From: Octopus sinensis
Lineage: Eukaryota
Assembly: GCF_006345805.1 (NCBI RefSeq)
Contig: NW_021832430.1
Coordinates: forward strand, 465,001 to 498,000
DNA: 33,000 bases
Direction of reading: 5' to 3'
Within the stretch, counting starts at the first letter, position 1, and each line of letters starts with the position of its first letter. Shown here one piece after another: positions 9,774 to 20,760 of the stretch. A model generated the notes under the pieces. It saw only the letters and a list, made by a program, of their open reading frames with translations. It had not been told where the DNA came from and made no database searches. Made by a program: the position numbers and the translations under genes.

Positions 9774-12010
9774 ATGTGTTCAGATTTGAACAATCTAAAT
9801 AATAAATTAAGAGATAGACGACTCTTACTGGAAACACGTATGCTTGAGGTTAGTGTCAATACGATGTGTATCAATTATTTATAGAATTCGAATGTTAAAA
9901 ACACGTCCCCTGGGTCTCCTGGAAGCAACAGCAATTCTCTGCAGTCTGTCCTAGAACAGAATTCCTCGACAACTGCCAGCAATACTCTGACTAAGCCAAA
10001 GAGAAGACGGAAGAGCAGTACATCAGACATTTGTTTATATTAAATGAAATCACGCATTTCTAGCACCCAAAAATGCCAGACTGAGTGGGAGTTGGGTCGT
10101 CAATCCTTCGAAAATATCGACGACACAGAAGTCGATTTCAGATTTTGTCACTTTCTCGGTAGAGAGTGACGGAACATCCACTCAGGTATGATTTAATTAT
10201 AATTATGTTTACTTGTCTCGAGCTTGTGTGTTTTCATAATTATTTTTAATTTTACAGACCGACATTTCATACAAAGATTTGGAAATGTTCGACACACTAA
10301 ATTCAAATCAATACATTTCAAGAGCAGAGTTGGCCAATCTGGTATTCCTTTTTTCGATTAATCTGAAGGAATTAAAGTTCCAAGATAGCCTTGCAGTCAA
10401 AGATCGTGAGATTGCGTCTCTGAACGCCAGCATAGAAAGATATTCTTCCTTCATCAAAGAAATGCTGATTGAAAAGGTCTGGTTGAATAACCAACATAGG
10501 ACGTGTACGAGAGGAAAGTAGTGAGGGATCGAATTCGAGAAGACACAGTTCGCCTGGGGAGCATTTCGATGGACAGACACGGACACTCCTACGTTGAAGT
10601 GTGGAATGACGGGAAAGAGTATGACATTGTCAGAATGTATGCACTTGCTTGTGGCAATTGAAAGGAGACAGGACGCCATTGCAGTGGAGAAAGAGGAGGT
10701 TGAGAAACTTCGGAAAAGTTTGAATAAACGAAAGTCGAATATTTCGAAGGAGATGAAATCAGGGTTTATTTTCGAATTTTCAATTGAAAAGTGGATTTGG
10801 TGCAGCGACGGATTATCACGAACAGGAGGAGGTCTACAAACTGCGTGCCATGTCGTTAAAGAAGGAGGAACTTGACCGTCAAGCTGATATTGAGAAATTA
10901 GACCGAGAGAGGGCAATTCACCTCCGGGAAATAAAGAGAATAGCGAATGAGGATTCCTCAAGGTTGTTATGTTTTAGTGAGAATAGATTCGCCAATAATT
11001 GCATCCTCAATTCACAGTACTTGATGCTGCACTTGATTGGGAAAGGCGGTTTTTCTGAAGTGTACAAGGCCTTTGATTTGAAGAAGCAGACGTACGTTGC
11101 TTGTAAAATACATCAACTGGCCAAGGAGTGGAAAGAGGAGAAAAAGGATAACTATATAAAGTAAACTTATTTCTTGATTGATAGACACGCTGTGAGGGAA
11201 TACGATATCCACAAACAGTTGGATCATCCCCGGATAGTTAAGTTGTACGACGTATTTGAGATTGACAACAACTCGTATGCTACTTTTCTTAGTCTTAGAT
11301 TCTGCACTGTTATGGAGCACGTCAAAGGCCCAGATCTGGATTTTTACCTTAAGCAGAACAAGGTCATAAGTGAAAGGGAGGCCCGCTCTTTGATTACTCA
11401 GACAATATCGGCCCTTAAGTATCTAAACGATATCAAACCACCTATTATACATTACGATTTAAAGCCTGGTTTTGTGTATTGTATTTAACAACAGGTAATA
11501 TCCTACTTTGTGACGGCTCAACCTGTGGAGAAATTAAAATCACCGATTTTGGCTTGAGCAAAATAATGGATGAAACAAACTACAACCCTGACATTGGAAT
11601 GGACCTTACTTCACAGGGAGCGGGAACTTATTGGTTTCTTTTTTTGTTTTAGTTATAGGTATTTGCCACCTGAGTGCTTTATCGTATCTGCTGAACCTCC
11701 CAAAATATCTTCTAAGGTGGATGTGTGGTCAATCGGAGTTATTTACTTCCAGTGCTTATACGGGAAGAAGGTCTGGCCTTGTTTTTATTTGACAGCCATT
11801 CGCCAATCACCTTTCACAGAATGCTATTTTGGAGAAGAATGCCATTCTAAACGCGACTGAAGTTATATTCCCCTCGAAACCCATTGTAAGTCTTGATGCG
11901 AAGGTACGGACACGTTTCTTATATTCAAGTCGTTTATTCGAAAATGCCTGACTTATCAAAAAGATTTAAGGCCTGATGTGCACATGATTTATATGAGTAT
12001 TCATAAATGA
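9774..12010 (+). CDS. TLK: Tousled-like serine/threonine kinase
   Basis: N-terminal [23 protein letters not shown] and [13 protein letters not shown]; coiled coils; kinase motifs [44 protein letters not shown]. The 23-36 nt introns and one 72-nt intron (10186-10257) keep the frame to TGA at 12008-12010. Confidence 0.93.
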
Positions 12011-12139
12011 CATTGCTTACGTTATTTCTGTATTGAAAATTTTGTTTTTTGCATGGTTGGATTTGCTTCGGAGGTAATTCATCTTTCATAAGGGAAATTC
12101 TCATTTTTGTGGGAGGTTTTTGCAATACTAAACAAAGAA

Positions 12140-13964
12140 TTACTTAACTTTATTAAGAAAAAATTTATAGAAATAGTCATAAACGTCAGACTCAGTTTTA
12201 AGAAAAACATAAACGAGTGCAACCAGTGAAATTACCCCAACGCAAATATGAGCAAGAACTGAAGGTATATACCCTGGATAGAAATAAATCTGATATAAAA
12301 CACAATGATTAATACCTCAGACACTTTAGTCAATGTGAGAACAAAGATCACAGATAATACGAATATTCTGTTAAATTCGACTTTTCTGAAGAAATGGACA
12401 TTGTCGTAGAACGAGCAAATATACATCAGACTACAATAAGCTTAACTGATCACTACTTTGAAAATGATCGAACAACAATGACGATTATGTTACCTAAAAC
12501 CATTGCAGTTGACGTGCACACAAGTCGACTAAGAGTCAGCACTATACAAATGTGAAGGCAAAATAAAAAAAAGAGCAAAAAGTCATTTCTAAAAACATTA
12601 CAAGCAGTACCTTTTCACTGCGTTAGCGGAAGCAGTGGACAAGAAAAAACATTCGGTGATCCCATTGACTGCCAAGCACAGCACATAAACAGAATAAAGC
12701 TTCAACAAACCTAGGAATACATTCAATAAGTGGACCATTGGCAACAGAACTGAGCTTGTTCCCTCCGTACAGATCGAGCAGAACACGCGAATAAGATTGT
12801 CCGAATGAAGCAATAAGCAACCCGATAAAAAATAATAATTTGAATGTGTTAATGAGGAATTGCAGTGAGGTATGAACGTCCACATGTGAGCACTAATCGA
12901 CATAAATAAACTAACTTGTTCCAAACAAGATTTTCCTCGTTCTAAAGACTTTGCAAAAAAAACATATGCTGTCTCCTCAACAGGCAAGAAAATATAACGC
13001 ACTGCAATGGATCCGAGGCTGCTAACGACGTCATATAGTCCTCGAATAAGTAAAAACTCAAACCGGCTGTCTCAACCATGTTCATGACAGCCATAATGTA
13101 TTTCTCGGATTCACCCAAAATTTGCTTAATGACAGATTGTTGACAGAATGTTCCGACAACAACTAACTGTTCTCTGGAGGGAATGGCTAACTTTGTGGGA
13201 ACAGGAAGTGCAAAGATACCGTTTTTTGACATCTCTTTACAAATACAGGATAAATAAAAAGCCAGAAAAACAAAGAGATATAAAGCCTACAAAAATGAAC
13301 TAACCAGGTACCCTAGCGTAGACAAAGGCCATAACACCACACTCTGGTCGAAAATACAAAATGAGAAAAGAAAAAAATGTGTAGGTTAAGTTCGCCACAA
13401 GTTCAGAAATAACCTCAGAATATAATTTATAAATACCTTCAGACGACTCAACCAGTAGACATTGGCTATTATAATAAAGGGATATGTGAGTATCTGCAGA
13501 ATAGCAAAGGAAATAGTCCAAAATATTGCCACCGAATAATCGCCTGTCCAAATAACGGGATCAGTCTCCACAAATAAAAACCAGGAAAAAGAAACAACTA
13601 ACCCAATCAAAACAGAAAACGGAATCCTAACACAATATACACAACGTAGAATACATGGCCCAGACGTGATTTACAAAACATTGTGGATTAGCAACGCTAG
13701 TGCCACAACATGCCTTGAAAACTGGATCAAAGCTCAGATTAATAATTGACCCATGAAGAAGCAAAATTCTTAAAAATATAATCAAATCAAATGCCTGGAA
13801 CGAGCTCCAATCGTAGAAATGGACAAATATCTCAGCGTGAAGGCATTGCAGATGTATGAAAATACCGCCACTATTATCTACAATTTAAATGAATAAAAAA
13901 CTCGCAGTGGAACGTCATAAATCGTTTGTCTTAATGCTTTAGCTTCGTCATCACTATAAGACAT
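12140..13964 (-). CDS. RFT1: RFT1 (Man5GlcNAc2-PP-dolichol translocation protein)
   Basis: Spliced protein contains NAFTLRYLS, TFCQQSVIKQILGESEKYIM, GLYDVVSSLGSIAVRYIFLPVEETAYVFFAK, LDLYGG and LAVNGITECF, all RFT1 hallmarks. About ten 22-28 nt introns, one of them GC-AG (13769-13794). Confidence 0.9.
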
Positions 13965-14699
13965 AATTACAATAAGATAGAGTTTAATTATAATAAATAA
14001 TTTTTAATTTAAAAACCATCACTGTACAAACCGGCTCAAAATCTGCAACAAGTTCCAAGAATACGAGAACATTAATTTATTAACGCCTCGTTCCAGATGA
14101 ATTGGTGCCAAAAGTGGACCTAATTTTTACACGCACGTAGTTACTGAAGATTGAATAGATAACAGTATCCAAATCATTATAAGGCTAGAAGGCAAGGATT
14201 AGCTTTATTCGAGTTAGTCAACTCTAGCAACACTAACTTAGAATATTGCACCAATGGCTGGACACTTTTATAAATCGAGTGAAGAGAGCGACAGGTCACA
14301 TCCGGACAAACAGATTTCAGAAGGATTTTAGTAAATCAGTAGAAGGATACCAATAATTAGATGTACTATGGATTATTTGATGTTCTGAGCGTATATGTGA
14401 AGTGAGCGTCGTAGCTTTCTATTGAGTGAAGGAAGCATCGTTTGAACTAATTGAAGAAAAATAGATTACTAAATTACTTTTGGTGAGAACAAGTTTTTCT
14501 TTGAATTTTTATTCGTGATTATTTTTAGGCCAGTCGCTCTCGAGTACGGAATACACAGGTATTTTGTCCTCTTTAACTCTTCGGGCTGAGCACTGGTGGC
14601 ATCGTCGAATAAATTTATTGGAAACAAGTTGTTGTAATAGATTTTTACTTTTAGTCTCTGTTCAACATTTAATTTATCATTCTGTTAATGATTCCTTTT

Positions 14700-16010
14700 T
14701 TCTCACTTTGAATCATTTTCTCATATGACAGCTTGTTTTTCTTGTCAATTATCCAATTCCTGCAGAGGTTCGCTGATGCTCTCATGCGATCTGTATTTCC
14801 ATTTATCCTGCGCCGGGCTCTCCATGGCCAGCTCGGTCATTATCCAATGTAAAAGTGCCCGCGGTGCCTTAGTTTACTCAAACGCTCAGTTCAAATTTCC
14901 GGGACCATTTCATCTTTTTTGAACTTCTCAAAATCTCATCGGTTTTAAAAGCGAATCCTCTATCCCGGCCAGGATTTCAAAATCGGCCAGGATTTCAAAA
15001 TCGGCCAGGATTTCAAAATCGGCCAGGCTTACTGTGGCCAAATCCCTTGCAATCTTGATCGACCTGGTGCTGGCTTCCAGCATTCATTGCCACTGGTTCA
15101 ATCTATTTTCTTTTATTCCCGTTTGTTTTAATTCTACACCTATTCTCTCGCGTGTGCAAAAACACGTTTCTTCCGCTCTGCGGATTAAAAACCGCTGTAC
15201 ATCCTATGTTAGTTCAGAGTTTAACTCCAGTTGGCTGTAAGGAGACACCCTCAAAACGAACCGGACTTTTAGAATTGCGTTTTTCCCGTACAGTTCAAGG
15301 CAAACTCGTCCAGGGCGTTCATCTCCTCTGTGTCTCCTCGGTCTGATGCTGTCTTAAATCAACTCCACGAAAAACACCCCCACTTCCCTGCCGACCTCCA
15401 TGCAACACCATCGTTAGATCCAGTTCCGCTTATCCCGATCACCTCATCTGAAGTCTCGACCGCTCTGAGATCTTTTGCGTCTAGCAGCACCCCAGGAATA
15501 GACGGCCTAAAGGCCATTCATTTCTGCGACCTCTTTCCCCATTAACCCAGTAACCCAAAAGGAACCTTCTATCTTCCGTCACTCGTCTTTTTCGCACATT
15601 GTTTGAACTCGATTCCAACAGTCGTCAAAGAGCTTTTATTATCTACTCAGCTCATTGCACTGTCAAAGGCAGAGAGTGGCGTGAAGCCCATTACGGTCGA
15701 TAACGTCCTCAAGAGACTCTCGGGTAAGATAATGTCCCACAGGGTGGTTCCCTCTTTGACTCTGGAGTTCCTCTCTTTCCAGTACGGTGTCAACGTCCAA
15801 GATCTTTGCAAAATGCTCGGCATTCGCCAACTTGTCCAGTCAAAACCAGAAGACTGCAAGTTAATCGTAAAGTCGAAAGTTAGTGGCGCTTTCAACTGCA
15901 TTTGTTAGAACCATCTGCTCGAAGTGGTCTTTGAACGTTGCCCAGAGTTCTTTAAAAACGTAAAGCTGATTTATTTTCCCCCAAGCTGCCTTTTCTAAAC
16001 GGTGCCTTTT
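14700..16010 (+). mobile_element. Degenerate CRE-clade non-LTR retrotransposon fragment (Cys/His finger plus N-terminal RT)
   Basis: PHD-like C..C....FHLSC at about 14740-14815; RISKSAR...LAILI...WFNLFSF; LHEKHP; STPGIDG; LIALSK...GVKPITVDNVLKRLSGK; FQYGV; AFNCI. These correspond to CRE RT subdomains 0-3. Frameshifted and truncated before YxDD. Confidence 0.75.
14966..15027 (+). repeat. 18-bp tandem repeat CGGCCAGGATTTCAAAAT x3.4
   Basis: Perfect units at 14966, 14984 and 15002, partial unit at 15020. Confidence 0.95.
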
Positions 16011-16210
16011 TCTAAAAATGCGAACTCGTCAAAATTTCTCTTGCCACAGGTCTCTTCTTTTCTCTCTGCAGCATGATCAATTGGTTAAGGCTTATAACTA
16101 CTAGCGCCTAGTTTACTACGGACTTGCGAATATGAAACGAAAGATTTTCATCAAAAAATCAGAAAAAATACAATATTCAACAAATTTTATTTTTCAAGGA
16201 AATGAGAGTT

Positions 16211-16604
16211 CTAGGGGATAGGAGAATGAATCTATAGACTTTAAACATCAAAACAAAACTGAGTCTGAAATAATCGGCCAGGAAATCGCGGAATCAAGCA
16301 CGGGGACGAAAGTACTCCAACAAATGAAGGATGCCTCCGGGTTGATCAATTTAAACTGAGTACCATTTTGAGTAAGTGATACTAATAAATAAGATTTGGA
16401 GTGAGAATACATGAATATCCCCGAGGAATCACCAGGTTTTCCCCAACCAACTGTCTTCCACGAAAAGAAGAGGTCATTTTATCCCCTGGAAGATTTAAAT
16501 CCACACACCATTCCTTTGTCAACAATAAGGCTGTCAAAGTAAGTTTCAACAGCTGCTAATCCACTGTAATGTATTTTACATGGAATGTAGTGTATTTTAC
16601 TCAT
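16211..16604 (-). CDS. RNASEH2C: Ribonuclease H2 subunit C, absent from the ORF track
   Basis: MSKIHYIPCKIHYSGLAAVETYF...SSFRGRQLVGE.LVIPRGY...FICW...AISWPIISDSIHSPIP* matches LHLLPC.....G.A.V..FF, SFRGR.L.G and ALTWP..A.AIH. Introns 16382-16410 and 16232-16259; first intron (16486-16508) is one base out of frame. Confidence 0.82.
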
Positions 16605-17670
16605 GAACCCACAACACAACTAATAGAATTAAGATTTGTATTCAAAAAGTTCAAATTAGTAAATTAATTAAAGTGGAGAAATATCTTATCCAGATAATAT
16701 TGGTTCCAGTTTCCTTCTCTTCGCCTCTTTCTCCCAGATTTATTTTATTTATTGTCACCCCAGGATCACCGGGATTTAGGCATCAAAAAACCAATTATAT
16801 CTCACGTTATAAACAATAATTTAAATATCTATATTTTAAAAAATTTCGTTCATTAAAATATAAAAAAAATTTGAGTAAAAGACGTCTGTCATACAGGGAC
16901 CTTTACTCGGGACCTGCTCCTACACACCGAGTCACTATTCAAGAGGTTCTCCAGCAATCCACCCGAGGACTAGTATCGAGGACTAGTACTAGTATCTGGT
17001 CGAATGAGCCTTTCTGGCTATCTGCAATAAGCAATCTTTTTTTGTTAAACTAATTACATAAAAAATTACATAACAACTAGACTAAACTATTTCTATAATT
17101 CAAGGCTGATCGGTTGGGCCTCTTTGTATTCTTGGCGTTAATTAGTCCCTTATGCTGCATACCGAGGTTGGAAACGGGCATTGACTTTGACTATGTGCCG
17201 CAAACGATGTGGATAAAAATCACTATGATTGTTAAGGAGGGCTTGTTCATTGGCTACAACCTCGCAAATATGAACTAGAGTTTATTCGAGAGTCTCTTCA
17301 AACTGTCATGCTCCAGCCCCTGAAGTGGAGGGATGATAGCGACAATTTCGACAATCACCTTAGATTGTCAATTATAAAATTACTGTATGCTTATGCTAAG
17401 AGGAATGTATGGAACGCATAAGCATCAAATAAATCCATAACTTGTTTCTCTGATCTGCACGAAAGGTATTCTGGAGAATACCACAAATTTAAGCAAAATA
17501 AATCTTTGTTTCTTAACCGCATAATTTAATAGGCTTCACTTATTCTGCCATACCTAAATTTTACTTAATTAATTTATGCTATATTCTTTTATTTATTACA
17601 AGACTTATTTTAACTATATTCAAAAAAATGTATAATAAATTTATACTTTTAAAATTGATTGTTCTGTCGA

Positions 17671-19208
17671 ATGCAGACCACACCGTGTATTATCGACGTC
17701 GGGACAGGGTAAATGACTCAATCAATTCAAAGACGTACCAAAATTGGATTCGCGGGGACAGACCAGCCACAATACATAATTCCATCCTGCGTAGGCATTC
17801 GAGAAACCAACTCCTCTGGACGAATAGGCCCCCCGAACAAGGCTCTGTCAGACTTGGATTACGTGATTGGAGACAACTTGGAGACATATTCCCGATCCTC
17901 TCAAAAAGTGTACATTTAGTAAATAAAAGTAGTCGCCCATGAAGAACGGCCTAATACACGACTACACGATCTACGAGAAGATGATGAGTCAGATCATCTA
18001 CTCGTATTTTTCAGTTGACCCTTCCTGTCATTATTTTTTCCTGGTTTGTCAGCAGACAATGACTTTAGACCGAGCCTCCACTGAACACCCCTGAAAACAG
18101 GGAATTCCTGGCCGAACTTATGTTCGAGACGTTCGACGTGGGCGGAATATACATTGGAATGCAGGCACTGATGGCACTTACTGCCTCTTGGGCTAAAAGG
18201 GCTGTGGACGACAGGCCAACCACGGGAATTGTGATCGACTCCGGACATGGTCTTACCCACATTATCCCTGTGGTATGAATTGCCGTTTCACTCAGGTCTC
18301 GGGGTACTCCATAGGGACAAGCATGAGATATTTGCCTATTGCTGGGTCTGAAATGACATTATTTACCCAACAATTGATTAGGGAGAGGGAAGGCGGGATT
18401 CCTGCTGGGAGTTTATATAATGTGGCCAAAAACGTCAAGGTAGTATTATAAATGAATCTTAAACATATTACTTTATTAGTTAAATTTGATATAAAAATAG
18501 ATTCCTTGAATAACTAGAACAGTTCGGGAATGTTCATATTATATTTATTGATTTTTCAATTAATGATTAATATAATTAAATTTAGGAACAACATGCGTAT
18601 ACGTGTCGAAATATAGTCTCGGAGTTTAAAAAACTAGAATCCGATCCTCAAAAAATAATTCGTACATTCAATGGAATAAATTCGGTCACAAATGAGAGAT
18701 TTGAATTTGAAATGTCGTATGAACGTTTTTTGTCTTCTGAGTTATTTTTCCGGCCGGAAATGTATAATCCTGAGTTCACTCGATCCCTGGACTCACTCAT
18801 ATTTGACTCAGTCTATTCCTGTCCTCTTGACGTGAGGAAGAGTCTGCTTAAAGTTTCTTTTTATAAAAAAGATTGTAGAACGTGGTAATGAGCGGAGGAT
18901 CGACAGTGTATCCAAATTTTCACCGGAGAATCGATCAGGACCTGAGAAGAAACGTGGAAGCATACTACTTGAATAAAGTTTTAGATGGAGTTGCAATTGT
19001 TTAGGGGACCCCACCGGAAGTTGTCGTAACCTCACATTCTCGACAGCAGTACGCCGTCTACTTTGGTAGTTCCATGATGGCCTCAACAGTTCTCTTATTT
19101 TCTCAGTTTTAGCCTGAGTTTCTAAGTGTAGTCCACAAGCGAGAAGATTACCATGAGCAGGGACCCTCTATCTGCAGAAGTAATGCGTTGTTTGGACTAT
19201 TGTGCTAA
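17671..19208 (+). CDS. ACTR3: Actin-related protein 3 (Arp2/3 complex)
   Basis: [45 protein letters not shown]...[18 protein letters not shown] and GPSICR are Arp3-specific. Seven GT-AG introns of 23-27 nt plus one of 146 nt (18440-18585); frame intact. Confidence 0.93.
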
Positions 19209-19716
19209 TTTACTAACAATGTGTGTTTATTGAATGTTCAAATATACTAAGAGTGCAATTGCAAGATTATTAGGCAATTTTCCGGTTTTTAGCTGGATAA
19301 TGTGGAGATAAGAAAAATCGACCTGTAAAATTAACTGGCTAATGTTTAATTTCCAAAGTTTTAAAATCATGCATAAAACAGTTTGTTTCTAAGCCATAGG
19401 TGGGTGAAAAAACAATAAAACGTACCCTACACTCATGTCAAGGCAACTATACAGGGACGAATCAGAGAGCCGAGTTTTTCAGAGTGAGCATAATTCCCCG
19501 CGGAAAGAGGCCAGGGAGGAAGGAGGCGAATACAAGTCTTTCTAAATTACCATCGTCTCGCTTATTTATAAACACTCAAAGCAACTGAAAAATAGCTTTC
19601 AAGAAGAGTGTACCTTTGAAATTTTTTTATTTCCATCCTCTGCATGAGCCAACAGAATTTGATTTAAATATATGAACCCAAATTTAAGCCCAACAATAAA
19701 TGGAACAAAAATAAAG

Positions 19717-20760
19717 TCACAACTTGTCAAAGTCGATAGTTTGAAGAATATTTCTGCAATGGTCGACAAAGTACTCATATTTACTGCTTCCCTCAAGAAC
19801 AATCCGATTGAGCAGTTCCATGTAGTCATCAATTATCTCCAAAGATGGGACAATCGAGGAACCTATAATGTCACTATTCCATTACTCGGCAGAGGAAGAT
19901 TCGCAAACTTTGAATAAAGAGCCTCCCTCAGTCGAGTCAGATGGGCTTGCAAAGACGCGTTGTTGGTTAGTTGCTGAGTATGCTCCTCCTCCAACTTTAC
20001 TGTAGCAGTCCGCAACTGATCCATGGCTTGGACCAAAGCCTCGTTCTTCTCCTCAAGCTCCCTCGCCTCCTTCCGCAGGGAATTGAGCTCACTCTGGAGG
20101 GCTGCGGTAAAGTGAGGCACAAACAGCAGTTGTACTCTAGAAACTCTTTCGTGAAGACTGCCACGCCTGAACAATCCTTTAATCTATCATCATGCCATTA
20201 CTTTCTTAGCCGCCTCAATATCTCCATTCCGTTTCACTCGCAGCTTACAGATGGCCTGGAAGGTCTCAGTCTTCGAGTACTTTCCAATCTCCTTCGACCT
20301 TCTCTCTTTGGCTTCCGCGGCCTCTCGGATGTATTTCTGCGTGATCAGGGTGGCATTTACTCTTTTTCGGTAGTCCGGAAGTCGAGCCCACTCCGAGCCC
20401 AACATTTTTATAAAGCTCGCGTAGTTTAATTTCTTGTCCACCTTCCTCGTCTCCCGAATTCTTTCACTCGAAAATTTTTGGAATGCTGCTTATATTAGTT
20501 ATTTGGTATGTTAATTTTAAATATTATTTTTTGATGTACATCCTTAATAATTTTGTATATACCGCAGGCAGGTCTCATTGGATTGATGTTCCGTGTAATT
20601 CGATACCGTCTCTGCTCAATCTTCATTCGATAGACTTAGTGATTAGCCAATAAGCATACTCTCAGTATCCCTCCTCTTCCTAGGCCCATCTAATCAGACA
20701 TTCATACACTTACACTTAACCATTAAATAACTCTTTGCTTTCTAACTCATCGTACTCCAT
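19717..20760 (-). CDS. HMG20: HMG20A/B (BRAF35/iBRAF) family HMG-box protein
   Basis: HMG box (KMLGSEWARL...KYIREA), VAVFTKEFLEYN, coiled coil, then LREALYSKFANLPLP...LEIIDDYMELL, matching the HMG20 C-terminus. Introns 20690-20720, 20635-20659, 20489-20562, 20177-20201, 20102-20124, 19863-19885 and an in-frame 24-nt intron in the HMG box. Confidence 0.85.

Noticed and set aside
10308-10961. 217-aa minus-strand ORF and other antisense ORFs over TLK, IST1, HMG20, CCT6, Fox and the LINE
   Set aside because: They lie opposite conserved coding exons, have no recognisable motifs, and are best explained as shadow ORFs.
16964-16996. CGAGGACTAGTA x2 with three ACTAGT palindromes
   Set aside because: Very short slippage-type repeat with no evidence of function.
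17205-17241. In-frame TGA (CRKR-U-G) as a possible selenocysteine codon
   Set aside because: Spacing is not CxxU or UxxC, no SECIS was identified, and the adjacent acceptor gives TGG instead.
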